Shown here: piece after piece, positions 38,072 to 49,785 of the stretch
Layout: the number at the start of each line of letters is the position of its first letter
Numbering within the stretch: the first letter of the stretch is position 1
Assembly (NCBI RefSeq): GCF_030028105.1
Contig: NC_092370.1
Coordinates: forward strand, 217,974,005-218,038,004
Direction of reading: 5' to 3'
Length of the DNA: 64,000 bases
From: Mobula birostris
Taxonomy: Eukaryota
The notes under the pieces: model-generated
What the model saw: the letters and a program-made list of their open reading frames with translations, nothing else
Told to the model about the DNA's origin: nothing
Database searches by the model: none
Translations under genes and position numbers: made by a program

Positions 38072-39710
38072 ACCATAAGACATAGGAACAGAATTAGGCC
38101 ATCTGGTCCATCAAGTCTGCTCCACCATTCCATCATGGCTGATCCTTCCCCCGCCCCCATCCCCACTCCTCACCTTTCACCCCATAACCTTTGATGCCAT
38201 ATCCAACCCAGAATCCATCAAGCTCTGCCTTAAAGTACACCCAGTGACCTGGCCTCCACAGCTGCCTGTGGTAATAAATTCCACAAATTCATCACCTTCC
38301 GGCTAAAGAAATTCCTCCACATCTCTGTTTTAAGTAGATGCCCTTCTATCCCAAGGCTGTGCCCTCTAGTCCTGGACTCCTCCACCATGGGAAACATCCT
38401 TTCCATATCTACTCTGTATAGACCCTTCAACATTCGAAAGGTTTCAGTGAGATTCCGCCCCCCCCATCCTTCCAAATTCCAGTGAGTACAGACCAGAGCC
38501 ATCAAATGCTCCTCATATGATAACTCTTTCATTCCCAGAGCCATCCTTGTGAACCTCCTCTGAACTCTCTCCAATGCCAGCACATATTTTCTTAGATGAG
38601 GAGCCCAAGATTGATCACAATACTCAAGGTGAGGCCTCAGCAGCGCCTTATAAATCCTCAGCATCACATCACTACTCTTCTACCTTAGACCCCTTAAAAT
38701 GAATGCGAACATTGCATTTGCCTTTCTCACCACAAACTTGACATACAAGTTAACCTTTATGATGTTCTGCACAAAGACTCCCAAGTCCCCTTGCATCTCA
38801 GATTTTTGGATGTTCTCCCTATTTAGAAAATAGTCTGCATATTTATTTCTTCTACCATTCTCCTAACCTAAGTCCTTCCTCAAACTACCTGTTTCCTCAA
38901 CACTACCTGCCCCTCCACCAATTTTCGTGTCAACTGCAAACTTGGCAACAAAGCCATCTTTTCCATCTAAGTCATTGATATGCAGCATAAAAAGAAGTGG
39001 TCCCAACACCAACCCCTGCGGAACACCACTAGTCACTGGCAGCCTACCTGGAATGAATCCTTTTATTCCCACTTGTTGCCTCCTAGCGAGCCAATGCTCT
39101 AACCATGCCAGTAACTTTCCTGTAATACCATGGGTTCTTAACTTGATAAGCAGCCTCATATGTGGCACCTTGTCAAAGGCCTTCTGAAAGTCCAAATATA
39201 CAACATCCAATGCATCTCCTTTATCCATGCTACTTGTAATCTCCTCAAAGAATTCCAACAAGCTCGTCAGGCATGATTTTCCCTTAAGGAAACCATGCTG
39301 ACTGTGTCCTATTTTGTTCTCTGTCACCAAGTACTCCACAACCTTATCCTTAACAATTGACTCCAACATCTTCCCAACCACTAAGGTCAGGCTAACTGGT
39401 CTATAATTTTCTTTCTGCTGCCTTCCTCCTTTCTTAAAGAGTGGAGTGACATTTGCAATTTTCCAGTCCTCTGCCAGAGGCCAAAGATTTTTGAAAGGTC
39501 ATTACTAATGCCTCCACAATCTCTACCGCTTTCTTTTTCAGAACCCTAGGGTGCAGTTCATGTGGCCTGGATGACTTATGTGCCCTTAGGTCCTTCAGCT
39601 TTTTGAGACTTTCTCCCTTGTAATAGTAACTGCACCCACTTCTCTTCCCTCACACCCTTCAACACCTGGTACACTGCTGGTGTCTTCCACAGTGAAGACT
39701 GATGCAAAAT
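38072..39710 (-). mobile_element. CR1 LINE (RT), degraded
   Basis: QHGFLKGKSCLT, YLDFQKAFDKVPH, SGVPQG; tail ccataagacatagg. Confidence 0.92.
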
Positions 39711-40469
39711 AAGAGACTGTTCATATAAAATTACGACACATATAAATGTCTTCTCTCAGAGGGTAGTGAATCTCTGGAACTCTGTCCCCAATGGTAGCAG
39801 AGGGCAGATAGTTAGACATGTTTAAGGCAGATATTCAGAAATTGAGGTTTATGGTGAACTGGAACAGAAGAGGAGATGAGCCCAGCATGGATCAATCAGC
39901 CTTAATCACATTTAATGACACGGCAAGCTTTTGAGCAGCAAGCTATTATGAGTTCTTAGTCTATGATCTGAGTTAAATGCAGTCTATAATCTGAGTACCT
40001 GAGTTCTTAGTCAATGATCTAGGAGTTAAATGCAGGTATGTAACTGGACTGAATGAAGGTTTAGGTCTATGCTGCATAATCTGAGTCACAACTAGACAGA
40101 GACAGCTATACATGCTGTAAAGCCCTCTCCTGAAAGTGTAAGGAAGAGCCCTCTGTGGTGGCCCCTATACAGAGGACCCAAGGGGTGAATGACTACGTAG
40201 GTGAGAGTAGAGGGCTCTACTCTCAGAATGCAGTAAGAAACAATAGAACTTGGGTTCTTAAGCAAGAATTCAAGTATCTTTTGTAATGCACTATGATATG
40301 AATTAAAAGTGAAAGTCATTGTAAACTCAAAACGTGGAATGCAAGTTTTATCAACAATTCTTTGCAAAAACTTCTAAAATTTTTGCGAAGTGCAAATACA
40401 GATTTTTCCCAATATCTGCAATAAATAGCACAGAGTGGGTGGGCACAGGAGTACACTCAGCTAGAGACT

Positions 40470-40727
40470 CATCCCTCCAAGATGCAGCACAGAGCGTCAT
40501 AGGAAGTCATTCCTGCCTGTGGCCATCAAACTTTACAACTCCTCCCTTGGAGGGTCAGACACCCTGAGCCAATAGGCTGGTCCTGGACTTATTTCATAAT
40601 TTACTGGCATAATTTACATATTACTATTTAACTATTTATGGTTTTATTACTATTTATTACTTATGGTGCAACTGTAATGAAAACCAATTTCCCCCGGGAT
40701 CAATAAAGTATGACTATGACTATGACT
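40470..40727 (+). mobile_element. Rex/L2-like LINE 3' end
   Basis: caataaag followed by a (tatgac)n tail. Confidence 0.6.
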
Positions 40728-41029
40728 CTCAGCTGCAAAGCAGAAATGAGGTGTCAGGAAACTTGAGGCAGATGTCAGCAACTGTTCCAAAAGCTATGGA
40801 AACAATCTATTTAAAGAAACATAGAAGCATTTTTTCTAGTTGGTTCCCAAGCCTGTAATATTATCTATTTGATTTCTCTCCAGCCCATCCCACCTACTAT
40901 CACCCAAAGGAATATCAGATAATGTTTGAGTATCAGCCAGAGCAATATTCATTTAATACCAGATAACATTAACTGGTTTCTCTTTCCACAATGCTGCTTG
41001 TTGTGCTCAGTTCTTTCAACATTTCTGCT

Positions 41030-41465
41030 TGGGTCAGTATTGGGTGCGCTTCTTTTTACATTGTATGTCCATGATCTGGATGTCAGAACTGATGGTTTTT
41101 TGACCAAGTTTGCGGACAATACAAAGATGGGTGAAGGCACAGGTAGTGTTGAAGAGCTGCAAAAGGACTTCGATTAGGAGAACGAGCAATAAAGTGGCAG
41201 ATGGAATACAGTGTTGGGAAGTGTATATGGTCACACACTTTGGAAGAAGAAAAAACGGACTGTTTTTGAAAAGGAGAGAAAATTCAAAAATCTGAGGTGC
41301 AAAGGGACTTGGGAGTTCTCATGCAGGTTCACTAAATGTTAACTTGCAGGTTGAGTCAGTGGTGAGGAAGGCAAATGTAACCTTACCATTCATCTCAAAA
41401 GGACTACAGTATAAAAGCAAGGATGTAATGCTGAGGCCTTATAAGACACCAGTGAAGTACTGTGC
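41030..41465 (+). mobile_element. CR1 RT fragment (its 3' end appears to resume near 45215-45265)
   Basis: GSVLGALLFTLYVHDLD...KFADNTK. Confidence 0.8.
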
Positions 41466-41467
41466 AA

Positions 41468-44400
41468 CATACACAAAATGCTAGAGAAACTCAGCAGGCC
41501 AGGCAGCATCTACAAAAAGAGTACAGTCAACGTTTCGGACGAGACCCTTCGGAAGGACTGGAGAAAAAAAGATGAGGAGATTTAAAAGGTGGAGGAAGGG
41601 GAGAGAGAAACACAAAATGATAGGTGAAGGATGAAGTAAAGAGCTGGGAAGTTGATTGGTGAAAAAGACAGAAGGCAATGGAAAAATGAAAGGGGGGAGG
41701 AGCACCAGAGGGAGGAGTTGGGCAGGCAAGGAGAGAAGGTGAGAGAGGGAAATGGTGAAGAAGGGTGAATGAGTGCATTACCCGAAGTTTGAGAAATTAA
41801 TGTTCATGCCATCAGGTTGGAGGCTACCCAAAAGGAATACAAGGTGACGTTCCTCCAACCTAAGTGTGGCCTCATCACAGCAGTGGAGGGGGCCATGGAT
41901 GGACATAATCGGAATGGGAATGGGAGGTGGAATTAAAATGGGTGGCCACTGGGAGACCCCGCTTTTTCTGGCAGATGGAGCATAGGTCTCCCAATCTACG
42001 TCAGATCTCACCAATACACAGGAGGCCACACCGGGAGCACCCAACACAGTATATAACCCTAACAGACTCACAGTGAAGTGTCGCTCACCTGGAAGGACTG
42101 TTTAGGGCCCTGAATGGTAGCAAGGGAGGAGATGTAGGGACAGGTGTAGCACTTGTTCCGCTTGCAAGGGTAAGTGTCAGGAGGGAGATCAGTCGGGAGG
42201 GACAAATGGACAAGGGAGTCACATAGGGAGTGATGCCTGTGGCCAGCAGAAAGTTCTTCTTTATTAGTCTTCTTATTGATTTAAAAGAAACATAAGTTCA
42301 AACAAGAGGAGAATTATTATATATATCAATCAATACAAACAGATTAGGATAGACATCATCAAAATCATACATATTGTTAAGCTAGTGTACGATACATAAT
42401 AAAAAAAACAGCGATTCTCCTCTTATCAGTTCATGAAAGAAAAAAACTGAATTTTAAATGAAAAAAAACACTACATTATATAAAAAAAAACAAAAAAGGG
42501 ACTGGGCAGTCCATTTTGAGGATACAACAAAAAAAAAGACTTTCTGATCAAATCTAAAACTTCAGAAAAAAAAATTGGAAGAGTAATAAATCAACTTAAA
42601 TGAAAATATTGGATAAAAAGTTGCCAGATTTGCTCAAATTTAAAGGATGTATCAAATGTCCGACTTCTTATTTTTTCTAAACTTAAACGGGACATAATGG
42701 AGGAAAGCCAATAAAAGACCATAGGTGGATTAGAATCCTTCCACTTCAACAAAATGGCTCTCCTAGCCAATAAAGTCGAAAAGGCTATCATACATTGAGC
42801 CGAAACAGGAATATTTCCTGTTTCCGATGGAATAATCCCAAAAATTGCCGTAAGCAAATTAGGTTGCAGATTCAGATCCAAAACTTTTGTTAGCATTTTA
42901 AAAACATCTCTCCAAAAGTTATCTAGCTTTATACAAGACCAAAACATATTACATCTATCACACATAGGATTGATAGTGGGAAAAATACGCGCTAGTTTAT
43001 CCTTTGACATATAGGCCCTACGCACTACCTTGAACTGTATCAAGGAATGACGGGCACAAATAGATTAACCAAATGAAAAATTTTACTCCATTGATTATCT
43101 GAAAATGACTCTTGAAATTCCAATTCTCAAACACGTTTAATTTTATCATTAGATATTATTCGTGAGTTCAATAACCTTTTATAAATTATAGCTATCAACC
43201 CTTTTTGAAATGGTTTAAACTGAAAGAGAGCATCTGTCATATTAGGTGGATAAGCAGAAGGGTAATTTGGCTACAAACCACGTAAAAAAATTCCTAATTT
43301 GTAAATATCTAAAAAAATGTACATTAGACAAATCATACTTATCCACTAACTGAGAAAAAGACATTAAACAGTCCCCTAAAAACAAATCTGAAAGTTATTT
43401 CCTTAGTTTTCCAAGTCAAAAAGGCCTTATCCAAAATTGATGGTTTAAAAAAATAATTGAGATGGATATTACTAGAAAGAATAAAACTATTTAACTCAAA
43501 AAAATCTACAAAACTGAAACCAAATTCTTAATGTACGTTTAATAATGGGATTAAAATCTTGTCTACCAATCTTAGAAAACAAAAAGGGAAGGGGAGCTCC
43601 CAGTAAAGAGGCCAAAGAGAATCCTTTCTCCAAGTTCTCCTCCAATTCCAACCAGGAAGGACATTCATGTATATCTGAATCATGAATCCAAAAAGTAATA
43701 TATCAAATATTAATTGCCCAGTAGTACATTCTAAAATTAGGCAAAGCCATACCACCATCCTTTTTTAATTTCTGCAATAAGGGTTTACTCAATCTAGGAT
43801 TTTTATTGTTCCAAATATAAGATTATAGAATCTATTCTGTCAAAGAACTTTCTAGGAACAAAAGAAGGAACTGCCTGAAATATATATAAGAATTTCAGTA
43901 AAACTATCATTTTAATAGCATTAATTTGACCTATTAATAATATTGTCATAGGCGACCATTTAGAAAGTATTTGTTTGGTGTAGTCAATTAATGGAAAAAA
44001 ATTATATTTATAGAGATCGTTAAAATTTTTAGTAATTTTAATACCAAGATAGGTAAAGCAATTTTTAGCAATACTAAAAGGTGCTTGATGATTTGGATCC
44101 GAGTAATTATTAATAGGAAATAACTCACTTCTATATAAATTTACTTTATACCCAGAAAAACTACTAAATTCAGAAAATATAGGTAACACAGAGGGAATAG
44201 ATTTCCTAGGATCTGAAATATAAACTAACAGGTCATCTACATGTAATGAAACCTTGTGCATTTTGTCCCCTCTCTTAATACCCTGAACAGTGTTAGAATC
44301 TCTAAGAGCAGTAGCAAGGGGTTCTAAGGCCAAGTTAAATAATAAAGGGCTAAGAGGACATCCCTGTCGAGTACCCCTATATAATCTAAAATAGGGAGAT

Positions 44401-45075
44401 TTTTGATTATTAGTTATAACTGCAGCCATAGGGGCATGATAGATCAGTTTAGTCCAGGAAATAAATCCCAGGCCAAGATTAAATCTTTCCAAAACCTCAA
44501 ATAAGTAAGACCACTCCACCCTATCAAAGGCTTTCTCTGCATCAAGAGAAACAACACATTCAGATTCTTTAGATGGAGAAGAATTAATGATATTTAATAA
44601 TCTTCAAATATTAAAATGCGAATATCTATTTTTAATAAATCCAGTTTTGTCATTGGAAATAAGAGTAGGTAAAATACTCTCAAGTCTATTAGCGCGGCCA
44701 GCAGAAGGCTGGGGTGTGGGGGTGGGGGGAGAGATGTGCTTGGTGGTGGGATCCTGTTGGAGGGGGCAGAAGTCTTGGAGAATTGTGCGCTGGATTTGGA
44801 GAGTGGTACCACCCACCACCACCTGCCCTCTGTCTCCTCCACCAATCAACTTCCCAGCTCTTTACTTCATCCCTCCCCCTCCAGGGTTCACCTATCACCT
44901 CGTGTTTCTCTCTCCCACTCCCCCACCTTTTAAATCTACTCCTCAGCTTTTTTTCTCCAGTCCTGCAGAAGAGTTTCAGCCCGAAACGTCGACTATACTC
45001 TTTTCTGTAGATGCGGCCTGGCTTGCTGAGTTCCTCTAGTGTAGGTGTTGCCCGGATTTCCAGCCATTTGCAGAT
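41468..45075 (-). mobile_element. Penelope-like element (GIY-YIG C-terminus) with inverted pseudo-LTRs, split by an L1 insertion
   Basis: DEATLRLEERHLVFLLGSLQPDGMNINFSNF; 41468-41670 is an inverted repeat of ~44826-45040. Confidence 0.85.
42255..44693 (-). mobile_element. 5'-truncated L1/Tx1-type LINE ORF2 nested in the Penelope element
   Basis: RGTRQGCPLSPLLFNLALEPLA, HVDDLL, CDRC..MFWSC cysteine-rich end; TSD ggccagcagaa at 42241 and 44696. Confidence 0.9.
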
Positions 45076-46089
45076 TTTGTCTTGTTTGTGACAGGGTTAA
45101 ACGAAATTGGTGTGATCTTTCATTGAATTCTATTATGGATTTATTGAGTATGCCTGCAAGAAAATGAATCTCAGGTTTGTACATGATAATAAATTTACTT
45201 TGAACTTTCAGTTTCATAGGTTCTTGATTACTGAGGGTGTCAAAGGTTACGGGGAGAGGGCACCAGAACTTACAGTGAACCCGTGTTGCTGGCTTTAGGC
45301 TAACTACTACACTACTATGCTGCCCATTACTTGGGCTTCTCTTAACTTTGGACTGGTGAGAAAAAAATGCATCAAGCAAAACTATATTCATCAAGAGGGT
45401 AGTATTTTAAAGAGTACTTATTGTAAACCATGAGATTTTGCTTACATGTTTCAAGTTTACATTTGAGTGCCCAATCATGTTTTAACTATTGCAATGACAC
45501 AAAGGGATCATGTTCAGCAGAAAGATGATCTTTGCATCAAATTGAGTGGAATGACAGAAGTCACATGGAGCTTATATGCGGCCAGTCCATCCACAGAATA
45601 TTAACTTGTTTCAGTGGCAAGGAAGGGGAAAGAAAGTTTTTGCAAATGAGTCACTATCAGCAATTTGCTGGTATTGTCAAGGTGTCAATCTTAACACATC
45701 TCACGTTTCAAATTGGGCTCAGGTATCTTCGGTACAACATTTAATGGAATTCCCATCTGCTGAAAGTGGACATATTAATAGATACAGTATTTATACTTGA
45801 ATTCTCATGGCTAACGTATTAACTACACTCTAAATGCCTTACATTTATATAAGCACGTTTAATGGCTTACAACATCTCAAGGTGCTCTTCAATCCTCAAA
45901 GCCTGTCACCCAACTGAAGGGAAAGTTTCAAGGTCGTAGGTAAAAGCTTGGTTAACAAGGTGGATTCCGAGGATCTTAGCAGAAGCGGTTCGGTTGGGGT
46001 GGGGTGGGGGGGGGTGTCAAATGCTGATTTGGTTCACAGTGCAAATAGAACTTTAGGAATTCTATTGCTACAGATCCCCTAATAATTTA

Positions 46090-47070
46090 AACTTGACGTC
46101 ATGTTCCTATTTAATTGTTTTGACAAAATTGACTTAATTTTCTCATCTATTAAATATCTCCTAAAACAAATTTAAAGCTTCTCGTTAGATATCATTCCCG
46201 AACAGGTCGGCAGTGCACCGAGCGATGGTTTGTAGAAACGACAAATTCACACTTCCAGACCAGACCAGACCTCGCCTGTCATTCGCAGCCCATCTGTTTC
46301 AGCCAACATCTCCGCCCCTCTGTGGTACGTGATCACAGGCACTTGCCTCCCCAGGGCAGCAGACAACAAGGAACAGCCAGAACCGCTCGTATCGCTCGTC
46401 AGCTCAAGCCAAATCATGCCTACGTGCTGAAACGCATGGTACGACTGCAAATAATAACTTTGCTCAATAACCAAGGGGAGTGTCTAAATATGAGAGATGG
46501 ACGAAATTCAACGAGTGGATTGTGTTATAGGTACCGTTAGAGCAGTTAGTAATTTCAGCAGTGGAAATTGCTAAGGATTTGGGAATACATTTGAAAATGA
46601 CGTTCGTCAGAAATCCACGATTCAATCCAAGGGCAGTAACCTAATACATAATCGATAAGAACAGAAAATCGACGTTCAATGGCAGTTTTAAAAGCAGGGG
46701 TAGGGTTCAGAGTCCTTGCAGCAATGAAAGGCACCGCAATATCCAGTTTCCCTTCCAGGAATGAATGTTTTGCGACATCGAGCAAGAGCATAAACTTTGG
46801 AAAACTCTTCCACGCGCAGCCCAGTAAACCACTATGAGGATTCCAATTTCCCCACGCCAGGTAGTGACAGGTTCCACGAGATCTGGACCATCTCTGGTGG
46901 TATCTTAACAGCATTTACTATTGGCTGTGCACGTTTTCCTTGAAAACAAGCTTCAGTCCAGATACCGCCAAAAGACGGGCGTGGACCAATGCAGCGGGGG
47001 ATCAACGAGTGACAGGAAGGACACTAACTCTGATGGAAGGATATGAAATCAGGTGTGGGAGCCACGTGTT
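46090..47070. promoter_or_regulatory. CpG-enriched promoter/enhancer-like island with HRE cluster, CRE, CCAAT boxes and GC box
   Basis: TGACGTCA 46094; TACGTG 46326; TACGTGCT 46421; CACGC 46811 and 46853; ATTGG 46920; CACGT 46930; GGGCGTGG 46977; CCAAT 46986; CACGTG 47063; CpG visibly denser than in the flanks. Confidence 0.6.
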
Positions 47071-47211
47071 ACATGTCAAAATACAAGATCAAATGAGTTA
47101 CAAAGAGAGAATGAAATAATCTGTCACTGAAGAAATAACTTTAAATTAATAAAAGTGCAATTTGAAAAAAAATAATCTCCAACTAAAACCTCAGTATTGA
47201 GACTCAGATTC

Positions 47212-47490
47212 AGAATTATTTGTCACATGTACATGGAAACATACAGTGAAGTGCATCATTTGTGTTAACGATCAGCACCCCCAAAGATGTGCTGAAGGCA
47301 GCCTGCTGTTTCACCACACATTCCTGTGCCAACATAGCATGCCCACAGTGTTCCACAGAACACAAGCAGCAACAACAAGACAACAGCCAAACAAGCCCCT
47401 TTCCTATCCGTCCACTAACCCTCCAATGCAGGCCTCCGACTCCAGGACAGACCACCTCCAGCCAGCCTCCAAGTCCTCCAGGGCTCCATA
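47212..47490 (-). mobile_element. Short interspersed repeat with Rex/L2-like tail (related copy at ~8210-8315, + strand)
   Basis: Shared block ggcagcc...cacatgtacatggaaacatacagtgaagtgcat in opposite orientation at the two loci. Confidence 0.5.
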
Positions 47491-48200
47491 CATAAAACAA
47501 GTTTATGTAACCAGGGGGCTAATGTGACCAACACTTTCCCATGCCATCCCAAGTGTTCTTCATTTGCTATAGCCTGATAACGAGGAATGAGATTTTCTTT
47601 GCCATAGGTTTGGGACTACAGATATTAACATTTGGTCAAAGCAGAAAACGGCGATTGCAAAATCCAGCTGCTGGCCAAGGCATTTCATAAAAGTTCGCCT
47701 TCTTAGCAAACAATCTATGATCGCTTGCATTTTAGGAAATGCATTATTAGGATGCATTAGGATTACATTAGGAGGGTATAAGACATCACCTGCAATATGT
47801 AGCATTAAAATAAAACCCAGACTAGATGAAAGAGAGATGGGGACAGGGAGATAGGGGCAGCAGCAAGCTTTCACTGAAAAAGCATGTCAATTTATTGGAT
47901 CCTGACACAGTACAACAGTTTACATGGTACGTTCCTGGTGATCTGGGGAGGCTCAAAGTCACTTGCAGGTGACCTTGTAACTCTGCATCCACCCAACCAT
48001 CAGGTTAGTCTCCCATCTAAAACATAGCATCTCAGATAATCCACCATTTGGCAAATGAAACTGCATTCCCAATTCTTGAAGGAGTTGGAACTTTATTGCA
48101 TAACTTTCTGACTTAGGGATGAAATGTGACATCTTAAGCAAACTGAAGGTTAAAACATAAAAGGTTGAGATTAATATATAAACAAACGCAGGTTCAAGGT

Positions 48201-49120
48201 ACACCCCCAGCCTCTAACCTCTCCACCTACACCCCCAGCCTCTAAAACCTCTCCACTGACACCCCCAGCCTCTAAAACCTCTCCACTGACACCCCCAGCC
48301 TCTAAAACCTCTCCACCGACACCCCCAGCCTCTAAAATCTCTCCGACACCCCCAGCCTCTAAACTCTCTCCACCGACACCCCCAGCCCCTAACCTCTCCA
48401 CCGGCACCCCCAGCCTCTAAAACCTCTCCACCGACACCCCCAGCCTCTAAAACCTCTCCACCGACACCCCCAGCTAAAACCTCTCCACCGACACCCCCAG
48501 CCTCTAAACCCTCTCCACCGACACCCCCAGCCTCTAAACCCTCTCCACTGACACCCCCAGCCTCTAACCTCTCCACCAACACCCCTAGCCTCTAAACCCT
48601 CTCCACCGACACCCCCAACCTCTAACCTCTCCACCGACACCCCCAGCCTCTAAACCCTCTCCACTGACACCCCCAGCCTCTAAACCCTCTCCACTGACAC
48701 CCCCAGCCTCTAATCCCTCTCCACTGACACCCACAGCCTCTAACCTCTCCACCGACACCCCCAGCCTCTAAAACCTCTCCACCGACACCCCCAGCCTCTA
48801 AAACTCTCCACTGACACCCCCAGCCTCTAAACCCTCTCCACTGACACCCACAGCCTCTAACCTCTCCACCGACACCCCCAGCCTCTAAAACCTCTCCACC
48901 GACACCCCCAGCCTCTAAAACTCTCCACTGACACCCCCAGCCTCTAAGATCTCTCCACCGACACCCCCAGCCTCTAACCTCTCCACCTACACCCCCAGCC
49001 TCTAACCTCTCCACCTACACCCCAGCCTCTAAAACCTCTCCACTGACACCCCTAGCTAAAACCTCTCCACCGACACCCCCAGCCTCTAAAACCTCTCCAC
49101 TGACACCCCCAGCCTCTAAA
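48201..49120. repeat. Minisatellite, ~28-30 bp unit CTCTCCACYGACACCCCCAGCCTCTAA(AA)C, about 31-32 copies
   Basis: Directly visible tandem array with length variants. Confidence 0.97.
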
Positions 49121-49254
49121 AATGTGTGTTGCTTGAAATTCCAGCATCTGCAGATTTCCTTGTGTTCAGGTTCAAGGTTCCAAGTTAGGCAAAGTTTATT
49201 GATTCTGACATTATGAAATCCAAGGAAAAATGCAATAACATTAGTTACACTGGT

Positions 49255-49785
49255 TACTTGGAGAACTGTGTTCATTTCTGGTCCCCTCACTATAGGAAGG
49301 ATGTGGACACTATAGAAAGAGTGCTGAGGAGATTTACAAGGATGTTGCCTGGATTGGGGAGCATGCCTTATGAGAATAGTTTGAATGAACTTGGCCTTTT
49401 CTCCTTGGAGCAACGGAGGATGAGCAGTGACCTGATACAGGTGTATAAAATGAGAAGCATTGAGCATTTGGCTAGACAGAGGCTTTTTCCCAGGACTAAA
49501 ATGGCTAACACAAGTGGGCAGAGTTTTAAAGCGATTGGACGTAGATACAGAAGGGATGTCAGAGGTAAGTTTTTCACACAGACAGTGGTGGGAGCTTGGA
49601 ATGGGCTGCTGGCGACTGTGGTGGAGGAGGATACAATAGGGCCTCTTAGATAGGTACATGGAGCTTAGAAAAATAGAGGGTTATGCGCTAGGGAAATTCT
49701 AGGCAGTTTCTAGAGTAGGTTACATGATCGGCATAGCATTGTGGGCCGAGGGGCCTTTAATATGCTGTAGGTTTCTATGTTCTAA
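49255..49785 (+). mobile_element. CR1 LINE 3' fragment
   Basis: LENCVHFWSPHYRKDVDTIERVLRRFTRMLPG; tail tttctatgttcta. Confidence 0.9.

Noticed and set aside
39948-40036. Short imperfect tandem duplication (tgagttcttagtc.atgatct..gagttaaatgcag)
   Set aside because: Ordinary local duplication at a LINE tail with no sign of function.
46247-46914. ORFs on both strands in the CpG island as a novel protein gene
   Set aside because: Short, no recognisable domain and no splice-consistent coding structure; expected by chance in GC-richer DNA.
48201-49120. CRISPR-like array, or Gly/Arg/Trp-rich repetitive proteins (ORFs 48171-49014)
   Set aside because: Units are contiguous with no unique spacers, there are no cas genes and the context is eukaryotic; the ORFs are just translations of the tandem repeat.
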